Shown: in pieces, positions 51,708-62,350 of the stretch
How positions within the stretch are numbered: position 1 is the stretch's first letter
Layout: the number at the start of each line of letters is the position of its first letter
From: an uncultured Thermoplasmata archaeon
Lineage (GTDB): Archaea > Thermoplasmatota > Thermoplasmata > Lutacidiplasmatales > UBA184
Direction: 5' to 3'
DNA: 64,000 nt
Assembly: GCA_963715645.1 (NCBI GenBank)
Contig: OY970259.1
Span: 815,889-879,888, forward strand
Made by a program: the position numbers and the translations under genes
The notes under the pieces: model-generated
Database searches by the model: none
What the model was told of the DNA's origin: nothing
What the model saw: only the letters and a program-made list of their open reading frames with translations

Positions 51708-52607
51708 TCACGACGCCCGCGCGGCGATGCTCTGCCATCGCTCCTCCACCTCGAGCTCCGTGAGTCCCACGGTCGGGGAGAAGATCACCCGGTCGCCCCA
51801 CCGGCCCAGGATGCCGGGGTACTCCTCGACCTTGAGCGGGAGGACGACCCCATCGGCATGGAGCTCGTCCGCGAGCGCCCCGATCGCCGCCGGCCACTCC
51901 TCCGGCAGCGCCGGGGCCGGGGCCAAACGCAGTCGCGGGTCGTACCGGGCGAGCACCTCCCGGGCGAACGGTTCTCCTCCCGGGGCGACGATCAGCCCGA
52001 CCCGGCATCCCCGTTTCATCATCAGCCAGGCCCCGAGGGCCGCTCGGCGGCCGTCGACCAGGGCCACGAGACGGCCGGCGACACCGAGCGGGAGCCCTCC
52101 GGGGCCGGCGACCCGGTCGAAGTAGAGGTAGGTCCGAGGGCCCCGGACCTCCACGAACAGTTCGACCTCGGGATGTTCGAGGTCGACACGAAGGTGGAGG
52201 TCCGCGAAACGGTCCAAGATGTCCCCTCCGAGGTCCCGCGCCAGTTCCTGGCTGGTGAACGGGTGCTGGCCCGTGCGACGCGCGCGCACCGCGAAGCTCG
52301 CCCCCGGCCGAAGGCGCGGTACCGCAAGTTCGAGCAGCCTCGTCGTAATGGCAGCGCGTTCGGTAGGGATCTCGTGGACGACGCTGACCGAGGTAACCCC
52401 GAATACCCGGGCGACGAGTCGGACCGCCGGGTCGCTCTCGTCGGCCTCGACGTACAGGTGGCCGTGGTCCGCACGGACCCGGCCGTCGAGGCCAGCCTCG
52501 ACCAGGTGATCGAGAAGGTTGCGCCGGAGGGCGCCCTCGAACTCGCGGCGGACGGGCGCCGACTTGAGCGCCAGCTCCCCGTACCGAACCAGCAGCAGCG
52601 TCGCCAT
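51708..52607 (-). CDS. ThiI-like THUMP-domain protein with degenerate PP-loop
   Basis: N-terminal MATLLLVRYGELALKSAPVRREFE (ThiI ferredoxin-like/THUMP), VDLEHPEVELFVEVR, then GRLVALVDGRRAALGAWLMMKRG where ThiI has SGGIDSPVAAWLMMKRG. Confidence 0.6.
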   Translation of the reverse strand: MATLLLVRYGELALKSAPVRREFEGALRRNLLDHLVEAGLDGRVRADHGHLYVEADESDPAVRLVARVFGVTSVSVVHEIPTERAAITTRLLELAVPRLRPGASFAVRARRTGQHPFTSQELARDLGGDILDRFADLHLRVDLEHPEVELFVEVRGPRTYLYFDRVAGPGGLPLGVAGRLVALVDGRRAALGAWLMMKRGCRVGLIVAPGGEPFAREVLARYDPRLRLAPAPALPEEWPAAIGALADELHADGVVLPLKVEEYPGILGRWGDRVIFSPTVGLTELEVEERWQSIAARAS

Positions 52608-52661
52608 GGAGAACCATTAAGACGAACGGCCCTGTAAAGCGGTTCCCGGACGGGTCGGCCA

Positions 52662-54450
52662 GTGTCAGCGAGCACCGAACCTCCCGACCCGGACCCTTGG
52701 CGCCCTTTCGAGGCCGATCTGCTCGCCCAGCTCTCGGCTGCGCTCGCGGCCATCGGCGCGCCTACCGAGACCGCGGTGATCCAATCGCTCTTGGACTTCG
52801 ACGGCGGACCCCAGGGGGACGCCGCGCTGCCCGTGCATCGGCTGGCGGCAGGGGCGCACGTGGCTCCCGGCGAGTTCGCGGACCAGGTGCTCGCGGCGAT
52901 CCGACCGAAAGGGAATGTCGAATCCGTCTCCGCCCAGGGTGCCTACCTCAACTTCGTCGCGGACCCCAGCCGGCTCGACCGACCGGACCTTGCGTACGAT
53001 CTTCGCGCTCGGGCCTAGCTACGGGCACCGACCGCCATCGGCCGAGTCCGCGTGCGTGGAGCACACGAGCGCGAACGCCACCGGCCCGTTCCACATCGGG
53101 CGGGTGCGTAACGCACTCATCGGAGACACGTTGGCGCGGTCGCTCCGGGCGGCGGGGACGCCGCTGACGACACAGTATTACGTCGACGACCTGGGACGCC
53201 AGGCCGCGATGATCACCTGGATCTGGGCGAAGCCGCTGGCCGAATGGCCGGACGAGATACGGGCCACGATGGAGGGCGCGTCGCCCGACGAGAAGCCCGA
53301 CCACTATCGAGGACGCCCCTATCCGGCGGTTAGCGCGTACTTGAAGTCGCACCCCGAGGCGGCGCAAGAGGTCGCCGAGCTCGTGCACGGTCTCGAGACG
53401 GGGAAAGCCCCGCCGGAGCATCGGGCGCTGGCCCAGGAGATCCTGGACGGGATGGTGGCCTCCCTCGCTCGGTTGGGCGTCTCGTTCGATGAGTTCGTCT
53501 GGGAGTCGGACCTCGTCCGGAGCGGGGCCGTCGATCATGTGCTCCAACGGCTCCAGCACGCGCCCCACGCCCGCAAAGAGGAGAATGGCGCGTGGGCTAT
53601 CGACACGGCGACGTACGGGCTGCCGAAGGAACAGACGCACGTCGTCTTCCAGCGGGGGAACGGCACCAGCCTCTACATCTCGCGCGATGTCGCCTACCAT
53701 CTCACGAAGTTCGCTCGCTTCGGGTGGGTGATTGACGTGCTGGGCCAGGACCACCAGCTTCACGCTCGCACGCTCGGCGCTCTCCTCGCGGAGATCGGTG
53801 AACCACGTCGCCCGGATTTCATCATCTACCAGGACATCACCGTGCCCGACGGTGGTCGTATGTCGACCCGAGGGGGTTCCGCCGTCTGGCTCGACCAGCT
53901 CCTCGCCGAGGCGGTCGACCGAGCTCGGAAGGAGGTGCTCGCCCGTCGCGAAGGCCTCGCGCCCGAGGAGGTCGAGCACATCGCCGAAGCGGTAGCGACC
54001 GGGGCCGTCCGCTACCACATCTTGCGGGTCGCCCCGGAGAAACCGGTCGTCTTCCGCTGGGAGGACGCGCTTTCCTTCGAGGGGAGGAGCGGTCCGTTCT
54101 GCCAGTACTCCTACGCCCGAGCGTCTAGCGTGCTCCGCAAGCCCGAAGCGGGGAGCCCGCCCTATGCCTTCGACGCGGAGCGGCTCATCGAGCCTGACGA
54201 AGCTGCGCTCGTACGGCTTATCGCACGTCTCCCTCGCACCGTGGAGCAGTCCGCCCGGCGGGCCCACGTCCACGCCATCGCGGGATACGCTCACGACGTG
54301 GCGGACCGGTTCAATCGGTTCTACCACGCGGTTCCCGTGCTTCGCTCGGGCGAGGAGAAGGCGAGCCGCGTCGCCCTCGTCGCCGCCGTCCGGCAGACGC
54401 TGGGGAACTCGCTCGACCTCCTCGGGATCCCCCGGCTCGAGACGATGTAA
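52662..54450 (+). CDS. argS: arginine--tRNA ligase; frameshift near 52990
   Basis: N-terminal Add-1-like domain. Class I HIGH region ATGPFHIGRVRNALIGD. Anticodon-binding C-terminus ending ...GIPRLETM. Confidence 0.85.
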
Positions 54451-54507
54451 GGGGCGAAACGGTAATGGCCAAATAGCCCGCCCGCCTCCGACCTCACGGG
54501 GGAGCAT

Positions 54508-54951
54508 ATGGCAACTGTCAAGGCGGATTTCGTCACATTCATCAGCAAGGGGAATCTGATCCAGCTCGCCGTCGCCTTCGTCATGGGCGCGGCGTTCTCC
54601 GCGCTCGTGAACGCAATGGTCTCGGACATCTTCACGCCGCTGATCGGGATGGCGGGGAAGTTCAGCTTCTCTTCGTGGCAGCTCACCTTCAACGGGAGCT
54701 CGATCATGCAGGGAGCGTTCCTGAACTCGCTGATCAGCTTCATCACGATCGCTCTCGTGGTCTTCTTCGTCATCGCCCTCCCGTACCAGCGGTGGGCCGA
54801 CCGACAGGCCGCAAAGAAGCCGGTGGCCACTCCGACCACCCGACCTTGCCCGGAGTGCTTGTCGCAGATCCCGCTGGCCGCCCGCCGTTGTTCGTTCTGC
54901 ACTTCGGTCCTGACGCCGATGCCGGCTGGTCCCTCGGCGCCGTCGGCCTAG
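54508..54951 (+). CDS. mscL: large-conductance mechanosensitive channel
   Basis: FISKGNLIQLAVAFVMGAAFSALVNAMVSDIFTPLIG is the MscL TM1 signature. Confidence 0.8.
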   Translation: MATVKADFVTFISKGNLIQLAVAFVMGAAFSALVNAMVSDIFTPLIGMAGKFSFSSWQLTFNGSSIMQGAFLNSLISFITIALVVFFVIALPYQRWADRQAAKKPVATPTTRPCPECLSQIPLAARRCSFCTSVLTPMPAGPSAPSA

Positions 54952-55649
54952 CGGAGTCGCAGAAGCGGGTCCGCTACGCCCGCCCCGGCGAATCCGCGCG
55001 CCCGCAAGCGGCACGAATCGCAGGTTCCGCAAGGAGTCCGACCCCCTGCGTAGCAGCTCCAGGTGAGCGACCAGGGGACCCGCAAGCGTTCCCCCCACCG
55101 AACGATGTCGGCCTTCGATTTTCGGAGGAGCGGCGCTCGCACTCGGAGGCGAAGGGTCCCTTCCACGCCCGCCTTCGTCGCCACGCGAGCGAGCCGTTCG
55201 AACGCGCGAAGAAACGCGGGCCGGCAGTCCGGGTAGCCCGAGTAGTCGATGGCGTTGGCCCCGATGACGATCGTGTCGAGCCTATGGCTTTCGGCATATC
55301 CGAGGGCGACCGAGAGCAGGATGGTGTTCCGCGCCGGCACGTACGTGGCGGGGATCTCCCCGCTTCTACCCCGTCTCCTGCGGAGCGGCCTTCCCGGCCG
55401 GGTGAGCGCGGAGTCGAGCAGGGGGCCGACCGGCAGCGTCAGGACCACGTGGCGAGCGACGCGGTAGTGGCGGGCGAGCGCCCGGGCCGAGCGGACCTCT
55501 CGAAGGTGGCGCTGGCCGTAGGCGACCGTGAGCGCGTGCACCGGCCGCCGACCCCGGACCGCGAGGGCAAGGCAAGTGGCCGAGTCCATTCCACCCGAAA
55601 GGAGGACCACGCTGCCGCTGGGGGGTCGGCCCGCGCTCACCCGAGCCAC
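54948..55649 (-). CDS. queC: 7-cyano-7-deazaguanine synthase
   Basis: VVLLSGGMDSATCLALA PP-loop; YGQRH; IPATYVPARNT; C-terminal WSCYAGGRTPCGTCDSCRLR zinc site. Confidence 0.85.
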   Translation of the reverse strand: MARVSAGRPPSGSVVLLSGGMDSATCLALAVRGRRPVHALTVAYGQRHLREVRSARALARHYRVARHVVLTLPVGPLLDSALTRPGRPLRRRRGRSGEIPATYVPARNTILLSVALGYAESHRLDTIVIGANAIDYSGYPDCRPAFLRAFERLARVATKAGVEGTLRLRVRAPLLRKSKADIVRWGERLRVPWSLTWSCYAGGRTPCGTCDSCRLRARGFAGAGVADPLLRLR

Positions 55650-56400
55650 CCCCCGATGGAGAGAAGGCCGGCCGCGATGCCGACGGAGGCGAGCATTGCG
55701 AGGAGGTTCGTCGTCCCTTTCGTCAGATACCCCCGGTTCTCCAGGGTCTCCCCCAGCAACGAATCGACCTGGCAGCCGAGGAAGCCGGCCCCGGTCGCGA
55801 CCGCGACCAAGACCAGAATGGGGACGGTCGGCGTTCCGAACAATCCGAAGAGGAGGGCACTGACGACCCCGGTAGTCAGGGCACCCACGAACGCCCAGGA
55901 GTGACCTCGTAGGGAGACCCCTCCGTTGGTCCCCGGGGGGACCGGTCGGAGCGTGAGGATGCTCCGCGCCCGCCCGGAGAGCACGCCGAGCTCGCTGGCG
56001 AAGGTGTCCGCGGCCCCGAAGGCGAGCGCGCTCGCGTAGAGGACGGTCCCGGGAGGGAAGAAGGGAGGCACGACGAAGATCGCCACGGCGAGGCCCGTCG
56101 GGACGAGGATATGTGCTAGGACGTTCGATACCCCACGCTCTCCGGCGGCCCCCTCCTGAAGGTTCTTCCGGCTCTTCTCCTCGATGCGGAAGCGCGTCGC
56201 GAGCACGCTCGCCACCACGAACAGAATGAGAAGCGCGAGGAACGGGTACCCGGCGGTCAGGACGATCACGATCCCAAAGGCGGCCGCGACCGCCCCGGCG
56301 ACCGCCGTCAGCGCCCGGGCCAGGATGGCCCCGAGGGCAAGGGCGACCGTGACCATCGCCGCGACGAGCCCCGGCAGTAAGGAAGGCAACAAGACGAACC
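55637..56400 (-). CDS. DUF92/TMEM19-family integral membrane protein
   Basis: VSNVLAHILV...FGAADTFASELG...GGVS..G...LLGETLENRG fits DUF92. Start approximate (internal Met). Confidence 0.55.
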
Positions 56401-56454
56401 GCGAGCCCGAGAGGATAGGGCGCTTAACCCTTCCCGAAGGCCCCGCTGCCCCGC

Positions 56455-57036
56455 TCAGCCGCGGGCGAGGACGCGGAGGACGGCCAGGGGGAACCGGCTC
56501 GCCTCGATCGACGGGGCGATCTCCCCCCGAGCCACTTCGGCCCGCATCGGCTCCTCGTGGCCGGGCGGGACCACGAGGGCGGTCAGGAGACCGAGGTGGT
56601 TCCCGGCCCGAACATCGAGCATGCGGTCCCCGACGATGGCGCTCGTCGAGAGCTCGAGGTGGTGGTCGCGCACCGCCCGTTCGAACAGAGCGGTCCGGGG
56701 CTTGCGGCAATCGCAGCCGCTCTCGGGGACGTGCGGGCAGTAGTAGAACGCGTCGATGTGGGCCCGGTGGGGCCGGAGCAGGGCGTTCAACCGAGCGTGG
56801 ATCGCCTCCACGTCGGCGGTGGTGTAGAACCCCCGCTCGATACCGGACTGATTGGTTACGCAAATGATGCGATAGCCGTGGTCGTGCGCGAGGGAGAGCG
56901 CTTCCCCGACCCCGCGGTACAATTCGACCCGTTCGGCCTCGCGCAGATAATGGAGGTCGGGGTTCAGGGTCCCGTCCCGGTCCACAAACAGCGCACGGGC
57001 GGTCCTGGCAAGGGGCTCGCCCGGACCCTCTGGCAT
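56455..57036 (-). CDS. HAD-IIIA phosphatase, GmhB-like (D,D-heptose 1,7-bisphosphate phosphatase family)
   Basis: ALFVDRDGTLN, VTNQSGIERGFYT, YYCPHVPESGCDCRKP and IVGDRMLDVRAGN motifs. Confidence 0.7.
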   Translation of the reverse strand: MPEGPGEPLARTARALFVDRDGTLNPDLHYLREAERVELYRGVGEALSLAHDHGYRIICVTNQSGIERGFYTTADVEAIHARLNALLRPHRAHIDAFYYCPHVPESGCDCRKPRTALFERAVRDHHLELSTSAIVGDRMLDVRAGNHLGLLTALVVPPGHEEPMRAEVARGEIAPSIEASRFPLAVLRVLARG

Positions 57037-57859
57037 GGTTCCGGATACCCGGTCAGTCCTTATGGGGGCATCGGCGCCTGCGCGGTCCGGGCCGGAGACC
57101 GTGGAGCCGACGGAGGAGAGCTGGGGAGCAACGCTCGCCCAGCTGGACGCCCCGTTCGACTCTGCCCTCGCCCGGCTCCCCGACGCGGATCCGGTCGTGG
57201 TCCTCTTCTCCGGCGGGCTCGACTCGGGGGTGCTCGCCTGGGAGCTCCGGGAGCGTGCCGGAACGAAGCTGACGACGTTCGGGCTGACCGAGAGCGCGGA
57301 TGTGGCGGCGGCCCGGCAGGGAGCCGAGCGCATCCAGCTCCCGTGGTTCGCGTCGACCGCCTCGCCGGAGGAGGTGGAGCGGATGTCGCGCATCGTGGAG
57401 GCGTGGGTAGGCCCGCTCACGTCCACCGAGCGCTCGATCGAGACCGCGTTCGCGCTCGCGACCGAGCGAGCGCCTCCCGGGACGCTCGTCTGCGGGCAGG
57501 GAGTCGACGAGCTCTTCTTCGGGTATGCCCACTTTCGAACGCTCGCCGTAGACGATGCAATCCGACGCGGTGAGACCGACCTCGCCTCGCTGTTGGGCCG
57601 GGGGTGGCCGAGGGAGCAGGAGGTCGCCCGACGTCTCGGGCGGTCGGTCCACGCGCCGTTCCTCGACCGCGATTTCCTTCGGGCGGCAAGGTCGATCCCC
57701 TCCGAGGACCGGCTCGCCGGCGATCCGCCCAAGGCGATGTTTCGTGCGTGGGCGCGGCACCGAGGCGTCCCCGAGGAGATCGTGCGGCGCCCGAAGAAAG
57801 CGATCCAGTACGGGAGCGGGGTGGACCGGTTACTCCGGAGACGTTCTCCGAAACCATAA
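57035..57859 (+). CDS. PP-loop ATP pyrophosphatase family protein (asparagine synthetase-like domain)
   Basis: VVVLFSGGLDSGVLAWEL PP-loop. C-terminal RRPKKAIQYGSGV is reminiscent of AsnB-type C-termini. Its start overlaps the divergent gmhB-like start by 2 nt, so one of the two starts is probably wrong. Confidence 0.5.
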   Translation: MVPDTRSVLMGASAPARSGPETVEPTEESWGATLAQLDAPFDSALARLPDADPVVVLFSGGLDSGVLAWELRERAGTKLTTFGLTESADVAAARQGAERIQLPWFASTASPEEVERMSRIVEAWVGPLTSTERSIETAFALATERAPPGTLVCGQGVDELFFGYAHFRTLAVDDAIRRGETDLASLLGRGWPREQEVARRLGRSVHAPFLDRDFLRAARSIPSEDRLAGDPPKAMFRAWARHRGVPEEIVRRPKKAIQYGSGVDRLLRRRSPKP

Positions 57860-57919
57860 GACCACCCCCACCCAGGGCTCCCCGCAAAGGACTATATTCG
57901 CGGTCCCGGCTCCCCGGGC

Positions 57920-59290
57920 GTGACGAGCGACGCTGGCTCGCTGTTCTGCCCGCTCGAGTTCCGATATGGACGAGCGGAGGTCCGGGGACTTTTCTCCCGC
58001 GAGGCCCAGCTGGGCCGCGCCCTCCGGGTGGAGGCCGCCCTCGCGACGACCGAGGCCGAGCTCGGAATGATCCCGCTCGCGGCCGCCCGGGAGGTCGAAG
58101 CGGCGGTCGTGGCCGGGCGGGTCCGGCTCGGAACGCGTCGACGAGCTGGAGCGGACCCTTAAGCACGACGTCATGGCGATCGCCCGCGCCCTCGCGGAGG
58201 TCTCGGGCGAGGGCGGGCGCTGGGTGCACTACGGATGCACGAGCGCCGACATCACCGACTCCGCGCTCGCGCTCGAGCTCCAGGAAAGCGCGCGGGTGCT
58301 TCGGGAGGACCTCACCGGCCTCGTCCGCGGGCTGCTCGTCTTGGCGAAGAAGCACCGGGCCACCCCCGAGGTGGGGCGAACGCACGGCCAGCACGGCGTG
58401 CCGATATCGTTCGGCTACAAGATGGCGGTCGCCGCGGCCGAGGTCATGCGGCACCGCCAGCGGCTGGACGAGCTCCTTCCGCGGCTCGCCGTTGGCAAGA
58501 TGGCGGGCGCAGTCGGCACCGGTGCGGGATTCGGGTCGAAAGCGGCCGAGGTCGAGTCCGGCGTGATGCGACGCTTGGGACTCTCGGCCGACGAGGCACC
58601 GACGCAGATCGTCGGCCGGGATCGTATCGCGGAGTTCACGAACTGGCTCGCCCTGGTCGCCGGTACGGCCGAACGCCTCGCCACCGAGGTGCGCAACCTC
58701 CAGCGGACCGAGATCGCAGAGGTCGCCGAGCCGTTCGACGAGGCGCGGCAGGTCGGGAGCTCGACGATGGCCCAGAAACGGAATCCGATGCTCTCGGAGA
58801 ACGTGACGAGTCTCGCCCGGCTCGTCCGGGCGTTCGCGCTGCCGCCGCTCGAAAACATGGTGCAGTGGCACGAGCGGGATCTCGCGAACTCGGCGAACGA
58901 GCGGGTGGTGCTCCCGCACGCGATCCTGCTCACCGACGACATCCTCACCAAGCTCGATGAGGTGTTCACGGGTCTGCGGGTCGATGTCGACCGCATGGCC
59001 GCGGAGATCGCCCGGTCCGCCGGAGGAGCGATGACCGAGAGCCTGATGCTCGCGCTCACGGCCCGCGGACTGGCTCGGTCGGAGGCTCACGAGCTCCTCC
59101 GACGCCTAACCCGGAACCCGAGCGAGGGCCCCTCTCTCGTCGAACGGGCCAAGGCGGACCCCGAGGTCCGCCGGCTCTTCGAACCGGTCGAGATCGACCG
59201 GTTGGTCGACCCCTCGAGCTACGTTCAGGCTGCGGCCGAGAAGACCGACCGGGTCGTCGCGGCTCTCGACCGGGCCCTTTCCGGATCGAT
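57920..59290 (+). CDS. purB: adenylosuccinate lyase; frameshift near 58150
   Basis: PLEFRYGRAEVRGLFS N-terminus. Fumarate-lyase signature region GSSTMAQKRNPMLSEN. In this assembly it continues without a stop into the pcc1-like segment. Confidence 0.8.
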
Positions 59291-59299
59291 CGAGCCGGA

Positions 59300-59558
59300 T
59301 CCCGCTTGGACGGTGACCATCTCCGTCCGCACACCCACTGCGGAACTCGCGGGCTGGCTCGAACAGGCGCTCCTCCCTGAGGCGTCGCGCGAGGTGCCTA
59401 GGGCCCATGCCGAGGTCCATCGCCCGGCTCCGACCCGGGTCGAGATCAGGATCCGCGCGCGGGACACCGGCTCTGTCCGGGCGGCCCTGAACACCTATCT
59501 AGGCTGGGTCCACCTCGCCCTGGCCGCCGTACCTCGCGCCCGGCCAGGGTCGACGTAG
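59300..59558 (+). CDS. pcc1: KEOPS complex subunit Pcc1-like segment (in-frame with purB as assembled)
   Basis: WTVTISVRTPTAELAGWLEQALLPEASREVPRAHAEVHRPAPTRVEIRIRARDTGSVRAALNTYLGWVHLALAAV matches the Pcc1 beta-alpha pattern (ALxPE...LRAxLNsYLrW). Confidence 0.45.
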
Positions 59559-59603
59559 CCCGCGCATCGAAGCCGTTATCTTCCGCCGAGAGTCGGCGCC
59601 CCC

Positions 59604-59981
59604 GTGGCGATCCCGGCGAAGCTCCAGAACGACATCAAGCAGTTTCAGCGGCTCCAGCAGGAGCTCGGGGCGGTCCAACAGCAACGACTCCAGATCGACC
59701 TCAAGGTTCGGGAGACGGGGCATACGCTGGAAGAGCTCAAGGGAATCCCTGAGGACTCGGTGGTCTACCGCCCGATCGGCGGGCTGTTGGTCAAGGCCAA
59801 GAGCCGGAAGGAGGTCGAGGACCTCCTCACCGAGGAGAAGGAGACCCTGGAGGTTCGCCTGAAGGCGGTCGAGCGCCAGGAGAACCACCTCAAGGAACGG
59901 TACACCTCGATGCAGCAGGAACTGACCCAAGCCCTCCAGGCCCAGGGCCTGGCGCAAGCGACCGACGCGCCGTCCGAATAG
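59604..59981 (+). CDS. pfdB: prefoldin beta subunit
   Basis: 125-aa coiled-coil protein with the central beta-hairpin VVYRPIGGLLVKAKS. Confidence 0.8.
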   Translation: MAIPAKLQNDIKQFQRLQQELGAVQQQRLQIDLKVRETGHTLEELKGIPEDSVVYRPIGGLLVKAKSRKEVEDLLTEEKETLEVRLKAVERQENHLKERYTSMQQELTQALQAQGLAQATDAPSE

Positions 59982-59990
59982 ACCTGGTGC

Positions 59991-61067
59991 CTACGCCCGG
60001 CGGTGGACGAGCCGGTCCGCTACCTCGTGCAGGAGAGGTTTCCCTCGGGACGGGATGGTCCGGCTCGCGTCGAGCCGTCGCAGCGCCCGGGTGGTCAGCG
60101 CGGCAATCCGCGTTTCCGAATACGCGAGACTCCCGGTCGCCCGGAGGACGTCGCGGGCCCGCGCAACATCCTCGGGGGTCGCGTTCGGGTTCCCGAGCAC
60201 GCGCTGGAGCCGGGCCTGGTCGGCGGAGCTCGCATCTCTCCACGCGCGCACCACCAAGAGGGTCCGCTTCCCCTCCACCAGGTCGTTCGAGCTCTTCCCG
60301 GACTCCTCGGCGTCGAACCCCGCGCCGAGCACGTCATCCCGCAGCTGGAAGGCGATCCCGAGGTCCGTGCCGACGGCCTCGAGGTCCTCGAGGCGTTCGG
60401 CTGCGCTCCCTCCCAGCACCGAGCCGATCCGCAGCGGAGAGACCACCGTATAGATCGCCGACTTGAGCCGGTGGACGTCGAGCACGTCCTGCTCCGTAAC
60501 CTGCGAGGGGGGTAGTGTGCCGTTGCGGATGTCGAGCAGCTGTCCGTAAGCCGTGAGCCGGGTCATCCGGACGTACTCGCCTAGCGCGGCGAGTCGAGCA
60601 GCCGGAGGGGCCCGGGTCTTCAGGATCGCGTCGATTGTCTGGGGCTCCTCGAGGTCGCCGAGGGTGATACCGATCCCGACCCCGTAATCCTCGCTCGAAC
60701 CTTCCTGACCCCCCGCGCGGTGGGCGGCGGCCATGGCGCGGTGCACCGTAGGGCCGCCGCGCCGCTCCTCAGAATGGTCGATGATGTCGTCGTGGATGAG
60801 CATCCAGCTCTGGAAGTGCTCGAGCGCAGCGGCCGCGGGGACCGCCGGGCGGGGGTCCCGGCCCGTCGCGATGTGGTAGCCTGTGAGGACCAGGATTGCC
60901 CGGAATCGTTTGCCCCCCCGGAGCGTGAACTCCCGGTTGATCTCCACGAAGGGCCGGACGGCCCGGGGAGCCTCCCGACGGGCCCGGGAGTAGTTCGCCC
61001 GGAGCTCGGTCTCGAGCGCCGGGAGGTATGCATAGAGCCGGGCGAGGTCCACCATCCGGCGGGGCAT
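59991..61067 (-). CDS. idsA: polyprenyl diphosphate synthase (geranylgeranyl diphosphate synthase-like)
   Basis: First Asp-rich motif LIHDDIIDHS; second FQLRDDVLG. 358 aa. Confidence 0.85.
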   Translation of the reverse strand: MPRRMVDLARLYAYLPALETELRANYSRARREAPRAVRPFVEINREFTLRGGKRFRAILVLTGYHIATGRDPRPAVPAAAALEHFQSWMLIHDDIIDHSEERRGGPTVHRAMAAAHRAGGQEGSSEDYGVGIGITLGDLEEPQTIDAILKTRAPPAARLAALGEYVRMTRLTAYGQLLDIRNGTLPPSQVTEQDVLDVHRLKSAIYTVVSPLRIGSVLGGSAAERLEDLEAVGTDLGIAFQLRDDVLGAGFDAEESGKSSNDLVEGKRTLLVVRAWRDASSADQARLQRVLGNPNATPEDVARARDVLRATGSLAYSETRIAALTTRALRRLDASRTIPSRGKPLLHEVADRLVHRRA

Positions 61068-61191
61068 TCGGCCTATTTAACAGGCCCGTCGGCGCCGGCC
61101 GGGATGGGGCGCGTTCGCGACCTCCCGGGCGGGCGACGAGGGTTTCGGGTCCACGATACGGGTATTAAGCGGGGGGGTCGATTCACCGCCG

Positions 61192-62317
61192 ATGGCGTCG
61201 TCCGCCTTCGTCCAGCTCGCGAGCGCCCTGGTCGAGGCGATGGGGCAGAAGCTCGACGCGGCGAAGCCAATCCCCGAGGGGCTGGCCCTCCGGACCGGGG
61301 ATGGCTTCCTGTACGCCTTCTTTGAGGACCCGAACCAAGTTTCCTTCGAAAGCGTCCGTAGGCTCTTCGGCGAGAGCGATGAACTCCCCGTCCACCTGGT
61401 GGTACTCACTCCCGGTCGCCTGCCGTTAGCGATCTCGGGGGAGGTCGCGCGCCGAGGCGGCACGCTCGTCGAGGGAAACCAGTTCCACGAGCTCGCCCGC
61501 CAGCTGGGGCTCGGAACCTTCCTCGGCGAAGAGCCGAGGGCCCCCAGCACTCCTCCCCGTCGACTGCTCCCGAGCGCGCAGCAGCTCGACAACATCATGG
61601 GCCGGGCCCGGACCTGGCTCGACTGGGGAGTCCCGGCCCTTGCTCTACGGTTCTATCGCCAGGCCGCGAACCTCAAACCGGAATTCCTGCCAGCACGGAC
61701 CGGCATCGGTCGTGCCCTGCTCGCGCTCGGGTTGGTCGCGGATGCGGAACGAACCTTCGACGAGGTGCTGGCGACCCGCCCGGACGACGTCGACGCCCGG
61801 CTCGGAAGGGCAGCGACGCTCGGGGCGCAGGCTCGTCCCCACGACGAGAATCGAAGTGTATCGGGCCCTGCTCGCGGAAGACCAAGCCCGGCTCGAGGTG
61901 AGGGCCCACCTAGTCGCAGCCCTGGTCGACCTCGGGGACTGGGCAGGGGCCCGCGTGGAGATCGAGGCCCTCCTCGCCGGAACTCCCGAGGATGCCCAGC
62001 TTCGATTCCTCCACGGGGTCGCGCTCGAGCGCACGGGCGAACCGGTCGATGGGGCCCGGGAGCGAGCGGAAGCCCGCACCCTCGGCCTGCCCCACGAGCG
62101 CGAGACCGCACTCTGCCAGCACCTGGGGCTGCCACCGCCTCCGAAGCCGACCGCGGAGGCCTCCCAAACAATCCCTGCCCCCGTGGCACCCCCTCGGCGG
62201 CGCACGACCGCTCCCCCGGTGGCTGCGAAGCCGGCCCGCAAGCCCGTCGCCCGATCGATCCGAACGAAGGGCGAGAAGGCCCTAGTCCACACCCGGCCCC
62301 CCCGCAAACGTAAGTAG
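61192..62317 (+). CDS. TPR-repeat protein with basic C-terminal tail; frameshift near 61840
   Basis: TPR-like helices (FYRQAANLKPEF..ARTGIGRALLALGL; RAHLVAALVDLGDWAGARVEIEALLAGTPEDAQLRFLHGVALERTGEP). C-terminus KPARKPVARSIRTKGEKALVHTRPPRKRK. Confidence 0.5.
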
Positions 62318-62350
62318 GCGTTCGCCGCGTCGTGCGGGCCTAGGGGTCAG

